Below, piece by piece: positions 16,560-26,300 of a DNA stretch of 52,821 nucleotides (its first letter is position 1; each line of letters starts with the position of its first letter). The position numbers were made by a program, and so were the translations under genes. Source of the DNA: a virus. Its lineage: Duplodnaviria; Caudoviricetes. The notes under the pieces are model-generated. The model was given only the letters and a program-made list of their open reading frames with translations, did not search any database and had not been told where the DNA came from. The DNA is taken from the IMG/VR virus record IMGVR_UViG_3300010397_000052, positions 1 to 52,821 of that record, one strand, 5' to 3'.

Positions 16560-18362
16560 ATGGCAAAAACTACCGTCCTGACGGATGGTTCCTTTGATTT
16601 TAGTGGCGGAGTCGATTCGAGCCTCGTAACTACGATTCGATCAGACGTGATTCCGCACGGGCTCAGGCGGGATCAACTCGCTTGGCTCATCAATGGAGTT
16701 GTTCGCGATGGCACGATCAGCCAGCGCACCGGAATAGTTCAATTAATCCCCCGAATCACTCCAGACGGGCTTTACCAGGGCGGAATCATGTACGATCCAG
16801 TGGCGGCCAACCCCTGGCTGCTCGTAATGATTTCGGGGCACATTTACCAAGTCCTGCTCGAGGCTCCGTTCACCGTTACTGATCTCTCCGTGAAGTTCGG
16901 CCAGTTCCATCCGGCCGGAGTCGACCAAGGCTTCTTTGTCCAAGCCGAACAGTTTGTAGTGATCCAGGCTGGCGACGGCACAACCCTCCCGATCATCTAT
17001 GACGGAGTGGGGTTGCGGCGCAGCAACGGGATCCTGGGCGTAGGCAACATGAATAACGAGCTCCCGGCCGCGTTCATGATGGTCTATTACGCTCAACGCA
17101 TTTGGTACGCGCAGGGCAGATCCTACAGCGCTGGCGATATCGTTGGCGGCCCATCAGGAACACCGGCTTACAACCGGCTCGATTCAGTTGTTCACGTTAC
17201 GGAGAATCCCCTGGCAGTTGGCGGAGATGGTTTCCGGATCCCGACTACGGCCGGGACAATCCGCGCACTGGCCTATTCTGCCAACCTCGATACGGCTTTA
17301 GGCCAGGGCCCTCTTTACATCTTCACGCGCAAGCAGGTTTATGCGCTCTCTGTGCCGGTCACTCGAGCGGACTGGATTGCGGCCAATTCCGCCAATCAGC
17401 CACTGCAGACCGTTGCGCAGTTCAACAATGGAGCCGTGAGCGATCGGGGAATAACGCACGTCAACGGCGATTTGTTTTACCAGTCGCTGGATCCGGCGAT
17501 CCGCTCTTTCTTCCTGGCACTCCGTTACTTCAAGCAGTGGGGCAACAAGAGCGCCTCGAACAATATCAAGAGGGCTCTGCAGGCTACCAATCGGGCCCTT
17601 ATGCGGTTTTCCAGCGGCATCTATTTCGATAACCGGATGCTGCAGCTAATCCTCCCCGAGCAAAGTACTCGAGGCGTCATTCATAAATGCATCGCGGCGC
17701 TGGATTTCGAGATCATCTCTTCCCTGCAGGATGACCCGGGAGATCAGCCGGCTTGGGATGGAGTTTTTGACGGGCTGGATCACCTGCAGGTTTTTGCCGG
17801 CGATTTCGGAGGGCTCGAGCGAGCTTTTTCCGTGAACGTCTCGAGAGTCGATCAGTCAATCGAAGTTTGGGAGCTCACGACAACCTCACGCACGGATTTT
17901 ACGCCGGTCATCGGGAGTGAGGAGCGCCGCGTATCGTGGATAGTCGAAACGCCTGCCTTTACCTGGGGCAAAGAGTTTGAGCTTAAGGAGCTCGTTGGCG
18001 GAGAGATTTGGGTAGATAAGATTTTTGGCACTGTGCTCCTCTCCGTAGATTACCGGGAGGACGCTGATCCGTGCTGGCACAAATGGATCGAAAATCAAGT
18101 TTGCGTGGCGCGCAACTGCCAGGAGGATTTGAGCAACCCCAATTGCTACCCTCCGCCCAACTATCGGGAGGGTTACAAATGGACCGTGACGCTCCCGAAA
18201 CCGGCTCCGGTTTGCTCTCCCGGCCAGAATCGGCCGTCAACGGTTGCCTACCAGCATCAAATCAGGCTCACGATCAAAGGCTGGATGCGGATCCGCGGGA
18301 TTGTGCTGTATTCTGAGCTCAAAGAGAAATCGCTCTACGAGGGGCTAAACTGCGCTCAATGA
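16560..18362 (+). CDS. Tail tubular B / DNA-stabilisation (P22 gp10-like) nozzle protein
   Basis: 600 aa, beta-rich. N-terminal DFSGG.DS...LINGVVRDGTISQR.G and C-terminal QIRLTIKG..RIRG patterns typical of podovirus nozzles. Confidence 0.7.
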   Translation: MAKTTVLTDGSFDFSGGVDSSLVTTIRSDVIPHGLRRDQLAWLINGVVRDGTISQRTGIVQLIPRITPDGLYQGGIMYDPVAANPWLLVMISGHIYQVLLEAPFTVTDLSVKFGQFHPAGVDQGFFVQAEQFVVIQAGDGTTLPIIYDGVGLRRSNGILGVGNMNNELPAAFMMVYYAQRIWYAQGRSYSAGDIVGGPSGTPAYNRLDSVVHVTENPLAVGGDGFRIPTTAGTIRALAYSANLDTALGQGPLYIFTRKQVYALSVPVTRADWIAANSANQPLQTVAQFNNGAVSDRGITHVNGDLFYQSLDPAIRSFFLALRYFKQWGNKSASNNIKRALQATNRALMRFSSGIYFDNRMLQLILPEQSTRGVIHKCIAALDFEIISSLQDDPGDQPAWDGVFDGLDHLQVFAGDFGGLERAFSVNVSRVDQSIEVWELTTTSRTDFTPVIGSEERRVSWIVETPAFTWGKEFELKELVGGEIWVDKIFGTVLLSVDYREDADPCWHKWIENQVCVARNCQEDLSNPNCYPPPNYREGYKWTVTLPKPAPVCSPGQNRPSTVAYQHQIRLTIKGWMRIRGIVLYSELKEKSLYEGLNCAQ

Positions 18363-18363
18363 T

Positions 18364-20343
18364 ATGCCGATCATCCCCTGTCAGACTAAGATTACCTGTG
18401 AAGGGATCGACACCCCGTTTAGTAATTTCTCCTCTGAAGCTCCGGACCTGTTCGATTTCCGCGCCTTTGCCTGGACGTTTTGGAATCCCAACTTTCCCCT
18501 GCCACCGGATTTGACCGGCCGGGATACTGGCGATCTGCCGATTTATTGGGCGGAGGGCTGCCAAACGGTTTGTGTCTCGCTCACCTCGCAGGAGGAGGCA
18601 AACGTCTGTGCGCGCAGGCAGTCTTACCTCTGCGGCCGGAGCAACGAGGGCGGAGATGGAGTGATACCGGCGCTCTTTTCCAATGCGGCTCAGACTTGCT
18701 CAGCCATTTGCGCCAGCGGCGCGCCTTTCAGTTACACGGTTCCGGCCGGATGGTTTACGACAACCTCTCAGAGCCTCTCTGATCAGATTGCCAGGACTTA
18801 CGCGTGCGCGATCGCCAATGCGCAGATGATCTGTCTCTCGAACCTGTCCCAAGGGTGTCGAAACGTGGCGTATGCGGAGTTTATTGCGGTCACCAGGGGC
18901 ACGGGCCCTTTTGTTTTCACCCTGATCGGAGGCACGCTGCCGCCTGGGCTAACGCTGGCGCAGTTCGATTCAACGAGCGCCCTGCTCTCCGGCACTCCGA
19001 CAACGGCCGGCAACTTCACTTTTCAGGTTAGAGCGCGCAACTCTTCCGGCCAGCAAACGGCCAGGACTTACACGGTGGCGATCCTGGGAATCACAAACTT
19101 TGCCTCTGCGCCAACGGTCACGAAGGGATCCGCTTACAGTTTCCAGCTTGCAGCCAGTGGCGGCACACCTCCGTATGTGTTCAGTGTGGCGGCCGGAGCG
19201 CTCCCTGCAGGGCTCACTCTGAGCGCGACTGGCCTTATTTCGGGCACGCCGACAACGGCGGGTACCAGTAGCTTTGTTTTGGAGATTCACGACGCAACTA
19301 CAGGCGGCGCTCGCTGCCAGTTGGTGGCGTCGCTGGTGACGCAAAATAACGCAGTCTGCCCAACCGTCCTGACAAGCTTCGCAGTGGGCTCCGGCCGCCT
19401 TGCTGCTTATGCGCCGCTCACCGGGGAGATCCTTCATCCCAACAAGATTTACGCGACGGACAATACCGCGAATCAGTTCAGATACTATGACGCTGATAGC
19501 GTGACGCTTTTAGGCACGATACCTTTCGGAGGCGTAGGCTGGTCACCTCAGAGCGCGGCCTATGCTCCTGGCACGGATAAGCTCTTCATGACCGTCGACG
19601 ATTTTGGGCTTGGCTCTTGGTATATCCAGATCGTAAACACTGCAACAAACGTCCTGGGCGCAACCATCGTTGACGGCGCGAGCGGCGCTTTGTTTGGCTA
19701 TTACGGGATGCGATATGTGAGCCCCCTTAGCAAAGTACTCATGCTGGGCAGCAGTGGCGGGAGCGCAGACACAGACGCTTTGGAGCTCAATCCCGCAACC
19801 AACGCTTTTACCCGATTTTCGGTAACGGTTGCCCCTGGCGGCCCATCCATTGAGATCGCTACGGAGCTCGATTACTGCCCTGATAATGGCCGGTACTATG
19901 TGGGCACGTACGTTAATGACAACCTGCGCAGCTTTCTCCGGAGCTTCAATGCCACAACCCATGTTCAGCAATCGGCAGTAGATTTCGGCACTGATCGGAT
20001 CGTGGGCGTTTGCTGGATAGCAGATGTTACCCGCCTGTACGTTTTCACCCGCAACACCGGCAGCGGCCTTGCAAAAGTTCACGTCTACAACGTGACTACG
20101 GACACGGTTGAAACGGTGATCAGCCTGGGAAATTTCTCGCTCTCAACCTCCTCCCGTTACTGGCCTAACAAGGGCGTTTTGGCTCTGCCCTGCGGCGACA
20201 CAAAGATCCATTTCGTTGATCCAGTTGCCAATACTGAGCTCTGCTCTCTGGCTCAAACTACCAACGTCGATTCTTTCGCCATTGCCGGGGATAACCTCTG
20301 GATCTCAGGATTTGGCGCTGCAGCGATGAACGTCTATCACTGA
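18364..20343 (+). CDS. Tail fibre/receptor-binding protein (DUF5977-like, two putative Ig repeats, beta-propeller)
   Basis: YTVPAGWFTTTSQ..SD..A motif. Two G.LP.GLTL...G.LSGTPTTAG...F repeats. YncE/YVTN-like C-terminal blades. Confidence 0.72.
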   Translation: MPIIPCQTKITCEGIDTPFSNFSSEAPDLFDFRAFAWTFWNPNFPLPPDLTGRDTGDLPIYWAEGCQTVCVSLTSQEEANVCARRQSYLCGRSNEGGDGVIPALFSNAAQTCSAICASGAPFSYTVPAGWFTTTSQSLSDQIARTYACAIANAQMICLSNLSQGCRNVAYAEFIAVTRGTGPFVFTLIGGTLPPGLTLAQFDSTSALLSGTPTTAGNFTFQVRARNSSGQQTARTYTVAILGITNFASAPTVTKGSAYSFQLAASGGTPPYVFSVAAGALPAGLTLSATGLISGTPTTAGTSSFVLEIHDATTGGARCQLVASLVTQNNAVCPTVLTSFAVGSGRLAAYAPLTGEILHPNKIYATDNTANQFRYYDADSVTLLGTIPFGGVGWSPQSAAYAPGTDKLFMTVDDFGLGSWYIQIVNTATNVLGATIVDGASGALFGYYGMRYVSPLSKVLMLGSSGGSADTDALELNPATNAFTRFSVTVAPGGPSIEIATELDYCPDNGRYYVGTYVNDNLRSFLRSFNATTHVQQSAVDFGTDRIVGVCWIADVTRLYVFTRNTGSGLAKVHVYNVTTDTVETVISLGNFSLSTSSRYWPNKGVLALPCGDTKIHFVDPVANTELCSLAQTTNVDSFAIAGDNLWISGFGAAAMNVYH

Positions 20344-20386
20344 GTTTTAGTTGCCAAACCAAGCGAAAGAGGAGTAATAGACCGAT

Positions 20387-21436
20387 ATGCCGAACCGCCC
20401 CACTGCAGGACTCGCCAGGAATAGTTCACTTCCCGGCGTGATCGGGCTCTGCGCGGCGGATATCTCCCGGGTGTTCGCTTTCATCAATGAGGCTCAAGAA
20501 AAGCTGGTTACTGATCCCCTGACTCCGGATGAGGGATGGTGGGGAGGCTCTGCAGTCATGGCCTTTACGGTTGTGCCGTCCAACGGTCACGCCTATATCA
20601 TCACGCCTCGAGAGGTGGCGCGGCCAGTGGCCTTTGACGTCTGTAACCGGCCGATCGGAATGCGCAACCAGCTTTGGGAGTACCTCGAATTTGGCACCGG
20701 CTTGCATCCTCGAGGCTGCGGCGCTAACTGCCAGAGCGGGTGTACTGGAAGCACGCAAGCTTTCGAGCGGGATCCGGTTCCGTGCCTTAACCCCGTGCCC
20801 ACTGTGCCTCAGGTTATCCGGCTCTACTTCACCAACGCGGCCGATGCCGGCCGGAGAGTGGCGATCGGTGGCACCGATCAAAACGGGATGCCCATTTATG
20901 GAGTCGACCCGCTCACGCAGACGGCGACTCCTGGCGAGGTGATCTATCTGGCTGGGCCATTTGCTGACTCCTCTAACCTGATCGTCCCAACCAGCTTTAC
21001 GAAAGAGGTAACGCTTGGGCAGGTTCAATTTTTCACTGTCGACTCGAGCGGTAATCAAACGCTGCTGAGCACGATGCAGCCGGGAGAGACTACAGCCAGC
21101 TATCGCCGGTACTTATTGGACGGATTGCCGCAAACTTGCTGCAACACTCCGGCCGGCAGTGTGCAGGTTTCAGCCTTTTGCCGGCTCGATTTTATCCCGG
21201 TCCAAAACGATCAGGATCCTCTTTTGATTCAGAGCATCCCGGCTCTGATCGAAGAATGCCAGAGCATCCGTTATTCTCGGATGGATGCCAGCCAAGCTCC
21301 GGCCCTCGAGAAAAAACACCACGATAAAGCGCTCTCACTTCTTAACGGCCAGTTGGATCACTACCAGGGAAAGATAACGCCAGCCGTGCGCGTCTCCCTC
21401 TTTGGCAGTGACCGGCTCCGGCCGCAACCGATTTAG
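20387..21436 (+). CDS. Head-tail adaptor / tail tubular protein A-like
   Basis: N-terminal helical FINEAQEKL and C-terminal helical AL..LN.QL segments around a beta core. Synteny. Confidence 0.55.
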   Translation: MPNRPTAGLARNSSLPGVIGLCAADISRVFAFINEAQEKLVTDPLTPDEGWWGGSAVMAFTVVPSNGHAYIITPREVARPVAFDVCNRPIGMRNQLWEYLEFGTGLHPRGCGANCQSGCTGSTQAFERDPVPCLNPVPTVPQVIRLYFTNAADAGRRVAIGGTDQNGMPIYGVDPLTQTATPGEVIYLAGPFADSSNLIVPTSFTKEVTLGQVQFFTVDSSGNQTLLSTMQPGETTASYRRYLLDGLPQTCCNTPAGSVQVSAFCRLDFIPVQNDQDPLLIQSIPALIEECQSIRYSRMDASQAPALEKKHHDKALSLLNGQLDHYQGKITPAVRVSLFGSDRLRPQPI

Positions 21437-21442
21437 AGCGCC

Positions 21443-22471
21443 ATGCCAGCTACTTATACGCAGCCAACGGGTTTTCAGGGTGAACCTCAGGGCCCCTCGA
21501 GCCTGCCGGGATATACTGCCCCGCGAGTCAATTATTCTACGCCGCGATCTGCTTTCGATGTTTCGACGCCAGCCGGAGTGAGCGCAGTAACGCAGTACAT
21601 CAATCAGCTTAACCGCCAGAGCCAGCAAGCAGCGTTGCGCGCCAGGATCCCGGGAGCTCAGGGGCTCGAGGAGCAGAGTACGAACATGATCCGCCAGGAG
21701 TTAGCTGGCCAGATACCGTCTGATGTTCTTTACCGGTTAGGGCAGGCAGCCTCAGAGCGCGGCGCGAGGACTGGCCAGGGAGCCGGAGGGCAAAACGAAA
21801 TGGCTGCTTACCTGCAGGCGCTGGGCTTGACCAGCATCGGGCAACAGCGCCAGGGCCAAACCGATTTGACGGCCGCTTACGGCCGAAACCCCGCGGCTCC
21901 TCTCTTTGATCCTACGACTCAGTTAATCACGCCTTACCAGCAAGGCAGCTTGCACCTGCAGGCGCAGGAGGCAGAGGATCGCACGCGGTTACAGCAGGAG
22001 CAGCTTGCAGTTGAGCGCGCCAGAATCGCGGCCGGAGCCGATGCTGCAGCCTCGAGGTATGCATCAGCTTCCGGAGGCGGAGGCGCTGGCGGCCGGCCCT
22101 CTGGCACCAGTTTTCATCCGTCCATGGAAGGCTTTGGGGGTGAGTTTGTGGCTTACTCTCCCAACGCCAACACGCAACTCGGGCTCACGATCCCGACTGA
22201 GCCTTACGGAATCAATTCTTGGTGGCAGCCGAACTACGCCAACCAGACGGGCACGGGTACCGGCAGTTACTACGCCGGGAGCGCAAGCGGGTACCAGCAG
22301 CGCGGCGATCTTGAGAATGACTTTTGGGATCCGTTGCTCTCGGGCACGACTACCGGCGACGGTTACGGAGGGCTCCCTGGCAACGATTTCGTTTCAAACG
22401 GGTTTGTCGGCAGCAATGCCGGCCCTGTCGACATACAGCCGAACATTGAGGGCGAATTTTTCGGAGGCTAA
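21443..22471 (+). CDS. Putative ejection/DNA-pilot protein
   Basis: G/Q/A-rich low complexity. First of three genes after the tail module. Confidence 0.55.
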   Translation: MPATYTQPTGFQGEPQGPSSLPGYTAPRVNYSTPRSAFDVSTPAGVSAVTQYINQLNRQSQQAALRARIPGAQGLEEQSTNMIRQELAGQIPSDVLYRLGQAASERGARTGQGAGGQNEMAAYLQALGLTSIGQQRQGQTDLTAAYGRNPAAPLFDPTTQLITPYQQGSLHLQAQEAEDRTRLQQEQLAVERARIAAGADAAASRYASASGGGGAGGRPSGTSFHPSMEGFGGEFVAYSPNANTQLGLTIPTEPYGINSWWQPNYANQTGTGTGSYYAGSASGYQQRGDLENDFWDPLLSGTTTGDGYGGLPGNDFVSNGFVGSNAGPVDIQPNIEGEFFGG

Positions 22472-22474
22472 CCC

Positions 22475-23302
22475 ATGGACGAAGAAAACGAGCAGGATTT
22501 ACCCGATTACTCTCCGGAGGAGGGTCAAGATGAACGAGAGCCGGCGATGTTGCCCACGCCTGCTCCCGCCCCCGCGGCTGCTCAACTAAGCGCGCCTGTC
22601 ATAGCGCGAGCGGCCGCCCCTTCTCCGATTGCCCCGGGCGGCGCTGGCACTGCTGTGTACTCCCCCGAGCAGCAGGCTAGCGCCGCTTTCTGGCGCAAGA
22701 TGAATTATGAGTTGCAGGGGCAACCCCTGGCAGAGGCTGAGCAAGCGCTTTCGGCCGCGCTCAAGTTTCAGGCGATCCGCGGATATCAAAAGGATCTGGA
22801 AAACGGCAAGAGCCCCGGCGAGGCGCTCTCGCGCTGGGCCCCAATGATGTTCACGGCTCCAAAGTCCTCAAACCTGGGCAACGCGGCATCGATGGTGCGC
22901 GCTACCCGTGCGCCTGCGCCCATGGTCCGGACGGCCGGAGGGCAGATTTTTCAGATTCCGCCAGGAGGTGGCGCAGCAACGGCCCTGACTCCGGCTCCGG
23001 TTCGCCCTCCGCGCACGGATCCTTTCGCCCTCGCAGAGTTTGAGCTCAAGCTTAAGCAGATTGAGAAGCTGCAAGCGGATCTCGATGTAGAACCGGCCGG
23101 CAAAGGCCGCCAAGATATTTTGAAGCGGATCGACGTAGCTCAGCGCGAGGCAGCGGCTCTCCGCCCAAGCCCTGCAGCTACGGCTCCAACTGCTCCGGCC
23201 GCTCCTGCAGGCGGAGGGAATGAAGTGTTACGGTTGACAAAGAGCGGCCGAAAGGCTGTCTTTGACTCCGCAACAAAGAAATTCCTCCGTTATGCCCAAT
23301 GA
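22475..23302 (+). CDS. Putative ejection protein
   Basis: P/A-rich with C-terminal TKSGRKAVFD..TKKFLRY. Precedes the giant internal protein. Confidence 0.5.
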   Translation: MDEENEQDLPDYSPEEGQDEREPAMLPTPAPAPAAAQLSAPVIARAAAPSPIAPGGAGTAVYSPEQQASAAFWRKMNYELQGQPLAEAEQALSAALKFQAIRGYQKDLENGKSPGEALSRWAPMMFTAPKSSNLGNAASMVRATRAPAPMVRTAGGQIFQIPPGGGAATALTPAPVRPPRTDPFALAEFELKLKQIEKLQADLDVEPAGKGRQDILKRIDVAQREAAALRPSPAATAPTAPAAPAGGGNEVLRLTKSGRKAVFDSATKKFLRYAQ

Positions 23303-26300
23303 TACGCCTCCGACCTGGGAAGAAACTCAAGAGCTTGCCGATACTGCGCCGCCCTCCTGGGAGGATACCTCTGAGTACGTAGAGCCCCCCGCTCCGCTCC
23401 GGCCGCAACGGGTTCGCTCTGCCATAAACCAGACGATTCAAGCGGTTTATCGGCCGCTCGATCTGCTCACAAATCCGGCCGTAGTCGCCGGTTCACAGAT
23501 GGGCCAGGAGCGCGCCAAGCGAGCCAGGGAGGCGCAGATGGGTGTAGTTGCTCCCGGCTCTTTCTTCCCCGTCCCTCAGCCGCTCGCAGAGCCCACTCCG
23601 GAGGACAAAGCTGCCGGAATGGATTTGGTGCGATCGATTACTTCCGTGCCTGGGCGAGTACTGGCAGCCGGAGCTCGCACCGTGCGCGACGTGCTTAGCC
23701 CTTCAACTTACCTGCCGGAGGATATGAAAGCGCCTCCGCCTTTTGTGATTAACACTCGAGGCGAGCAGCCGGAGCTCCGCCAGATGACGCGAGCGGAAGA
23801 GGCAGCGCGGGATCCCCTGCAGGGCCCTCGAGCGCTCATCCCGGTTCGAGGCACGCAGCTTGAGCCGGAGGGGAGCGAAGGCGCACAACTGCTCTCAGGA
23901 CTGAGCACGCCGGACAATATCGGGATCATCGCGGCCGGAGGTGCAAGCAAGATTGCCGGCATGGCGCTGCTCTTCAGCATGGCCCCCGGCATCTATGAGG
24001 ACGTGAAGCGGATCGCCTCGAGTGATGTTTCCCTCGAGCAGAAACGCCAATCGATCAACAATTTGCTGATCCCTCTTGTCCTGGGAGCGAAAGGCGCTTA
24101 CGAGCGGCCGATCCCTGAGGCTCCTCAGGTTTCGGGCCCTCCGGCATTGGGTTCGATGCTGCAGATACCGGAGGGAGCGCGGCCGCCAGTGGCGAGAGCG
24201 GCCGAACTGGTAGGGCCGCCTGTGCCCGGGCGTGCTAAGTTCTTGCGGCCGGAGGTTCCTGGCACGGCCGCGGAGCCGTATGAGACGGCACTTGCGACCA
24301 TTCGAAAGGCCAATGCCAGGACTCGAAAGCAGATTCAAGCGCTATTCCCTGAGCGGCGCTTGAAAAACGAGGAGGCTGCAGATCTCCGTGATGCTGCTTG
24401 GGGTGCACAACCTCAGCCAGAGCCTCCGGCTGCTCCTCCCAAATGGGAGCAAACAGAGCCCGTCACGCGTACGCCAGAAGATCGCGCAGCGATGGGGCAC
24501 GCGCAGGAAATTGACGCGGCCGCCGAAAGGCAAGCCAGCCCGACTCAAGAGCCTCCGCTCCCTGAGGAGCCAACCGGTACAACTGTGCCCAACCCTCCGG
24601 CTCCGCCCACGCCTGCCGGAGAGGGCGCTGTAAAAAGTGTGCCCACGCCTCCGGCTGACGTCGATTACACCGATCTCGAGCAGGCAAACAAACTCAGCGG
24701 CCAGGAACTGGTTGATCTGGTTCGCAGCAAAGGCTCCGGAATAACGGAGGCATCCTATGAGTTGGGCGCAAAGCTCACGCCTGAAACCAGGGCCAAAGCG
24801 CGCCAGTACGAAGAGGCTGCCAATGCCGAAACAATGGCTGTGCTCCAAGAGGCTCAGAAACTGGCACCTCGCAGCCTCGAGCGGCTCAAAGCCTCTGAGG
24901 GCGCTTTCGCAATGCAGCAAAAGAAGCAGCTTTTCAATGAGGCTGGCCGGTTCTATGACGCAATACAGGACGTCAAGAACGGTAAGGATCTCGCGCAGGC
25001 TGCAGTTGAGCATGGAGTAAAGGAAACGGACCTGCGCAGGGTGGCAGAAGCGGCTCCGGCTGAGGCGGCCGCGACGCTCGCGCCCAAGCCAGGAATGACG
25101 CGGCTCTATCACGGTGAAGGAGCCGCGGAGGGCGCTGGCGCTGGCGGAGGTTGGTTTACGGAAAATCCGGAGTACGCGGCGCAGTTCGGAAAAGTTACTT
25201 TTGTCGACGTGCCCAAAGAGGTTGCCGATGCGGCGCGCCAAGCGGCTCGAAATACCGGTACTGGAGGCCCTCATTTCATCCTCCCTGATGAATACGTAAA
25301 GCAGGCTCAGCCAATGGCGACGCAGCCAGGGCCCAAGACGTTTGACGTTACTCCGGAAGAGCCGCCCAAGCCCAACGCTTACAAGGTGGAATTTTTGCAC
25401 AGCAGCGGGGAATGGTTACCAGAGATCACTCCCTCAACTCTCGCAGAGGCGCGCAAAGAAGCAGCGCGGCGCTTTAAAAGTGGCGTACAGATTTGGCGCA
25501 TCCGGCCATATTACGGAGAAATTTCCGAGAGCTCCGGCCCGATGGGCTCAGAGCGAGTCATTAAAAGGGCGATCGAAAACCCTCCAGAGGACACTAGCGA
25601 ACAACTCGCAGCACAAAAGTCAGACTTTCAAGAGCAGCTTAAAAAGACTGAGGGCATTCTAGCCAAAGCCAAGCGGGAGGGTTACTCAGGTGAAGCCATC
25701 AAGCATTGGGAGGATCACGCCGCCAAACTCCGTGAGCTCATCGGGGAGGAGACGGCTCCGGTTGTGGAAACTCCGGCCGCTCCGGCTGGCCCTGATCCGC
25801 TCGATAGGGTTACGCTCGCCATGCTGCCACTCAAGCAGTGGATGAAGGTAACCAAAACTGATCAGCTTCCAACGGGTTACGAGTTTACCATGATGGCAAA
25901 GCGCCTGGGAGTGAAGCGCGATCGCAAAGCTGTCCTCGAGGCACTCCACAACGAGAAACGCCTGCGCGAAATCTTCAAGCCTTTCGAGCAACCCAAAGCG
26001 GCCGCTCCGGCTGAAGAGCTCCCTAAGCATCAAACCGTACGGGATGAGCAGCCAGAGAAACAGACTCAGGGCAACTATGTGGCGGAATGGCTGCAAAAAT
26101 ATCCCGAGGGTACCAAGCTGCCCAATGGTTTGATCTCAACTGAGCAATTCTGGAAAGAGGCTCACCATGACACGATCGAAAACATTCTGAGAGGCAGGCT
26201 CACCGGGATAAAGGCGAGCGCTGTTTCGCCGCAGGCTCTGCAGTCCTACCCTGATCTTTTGGCTCTCGCGAAAAAGAAAGGCGTGTCCATTCCTGCTCCC

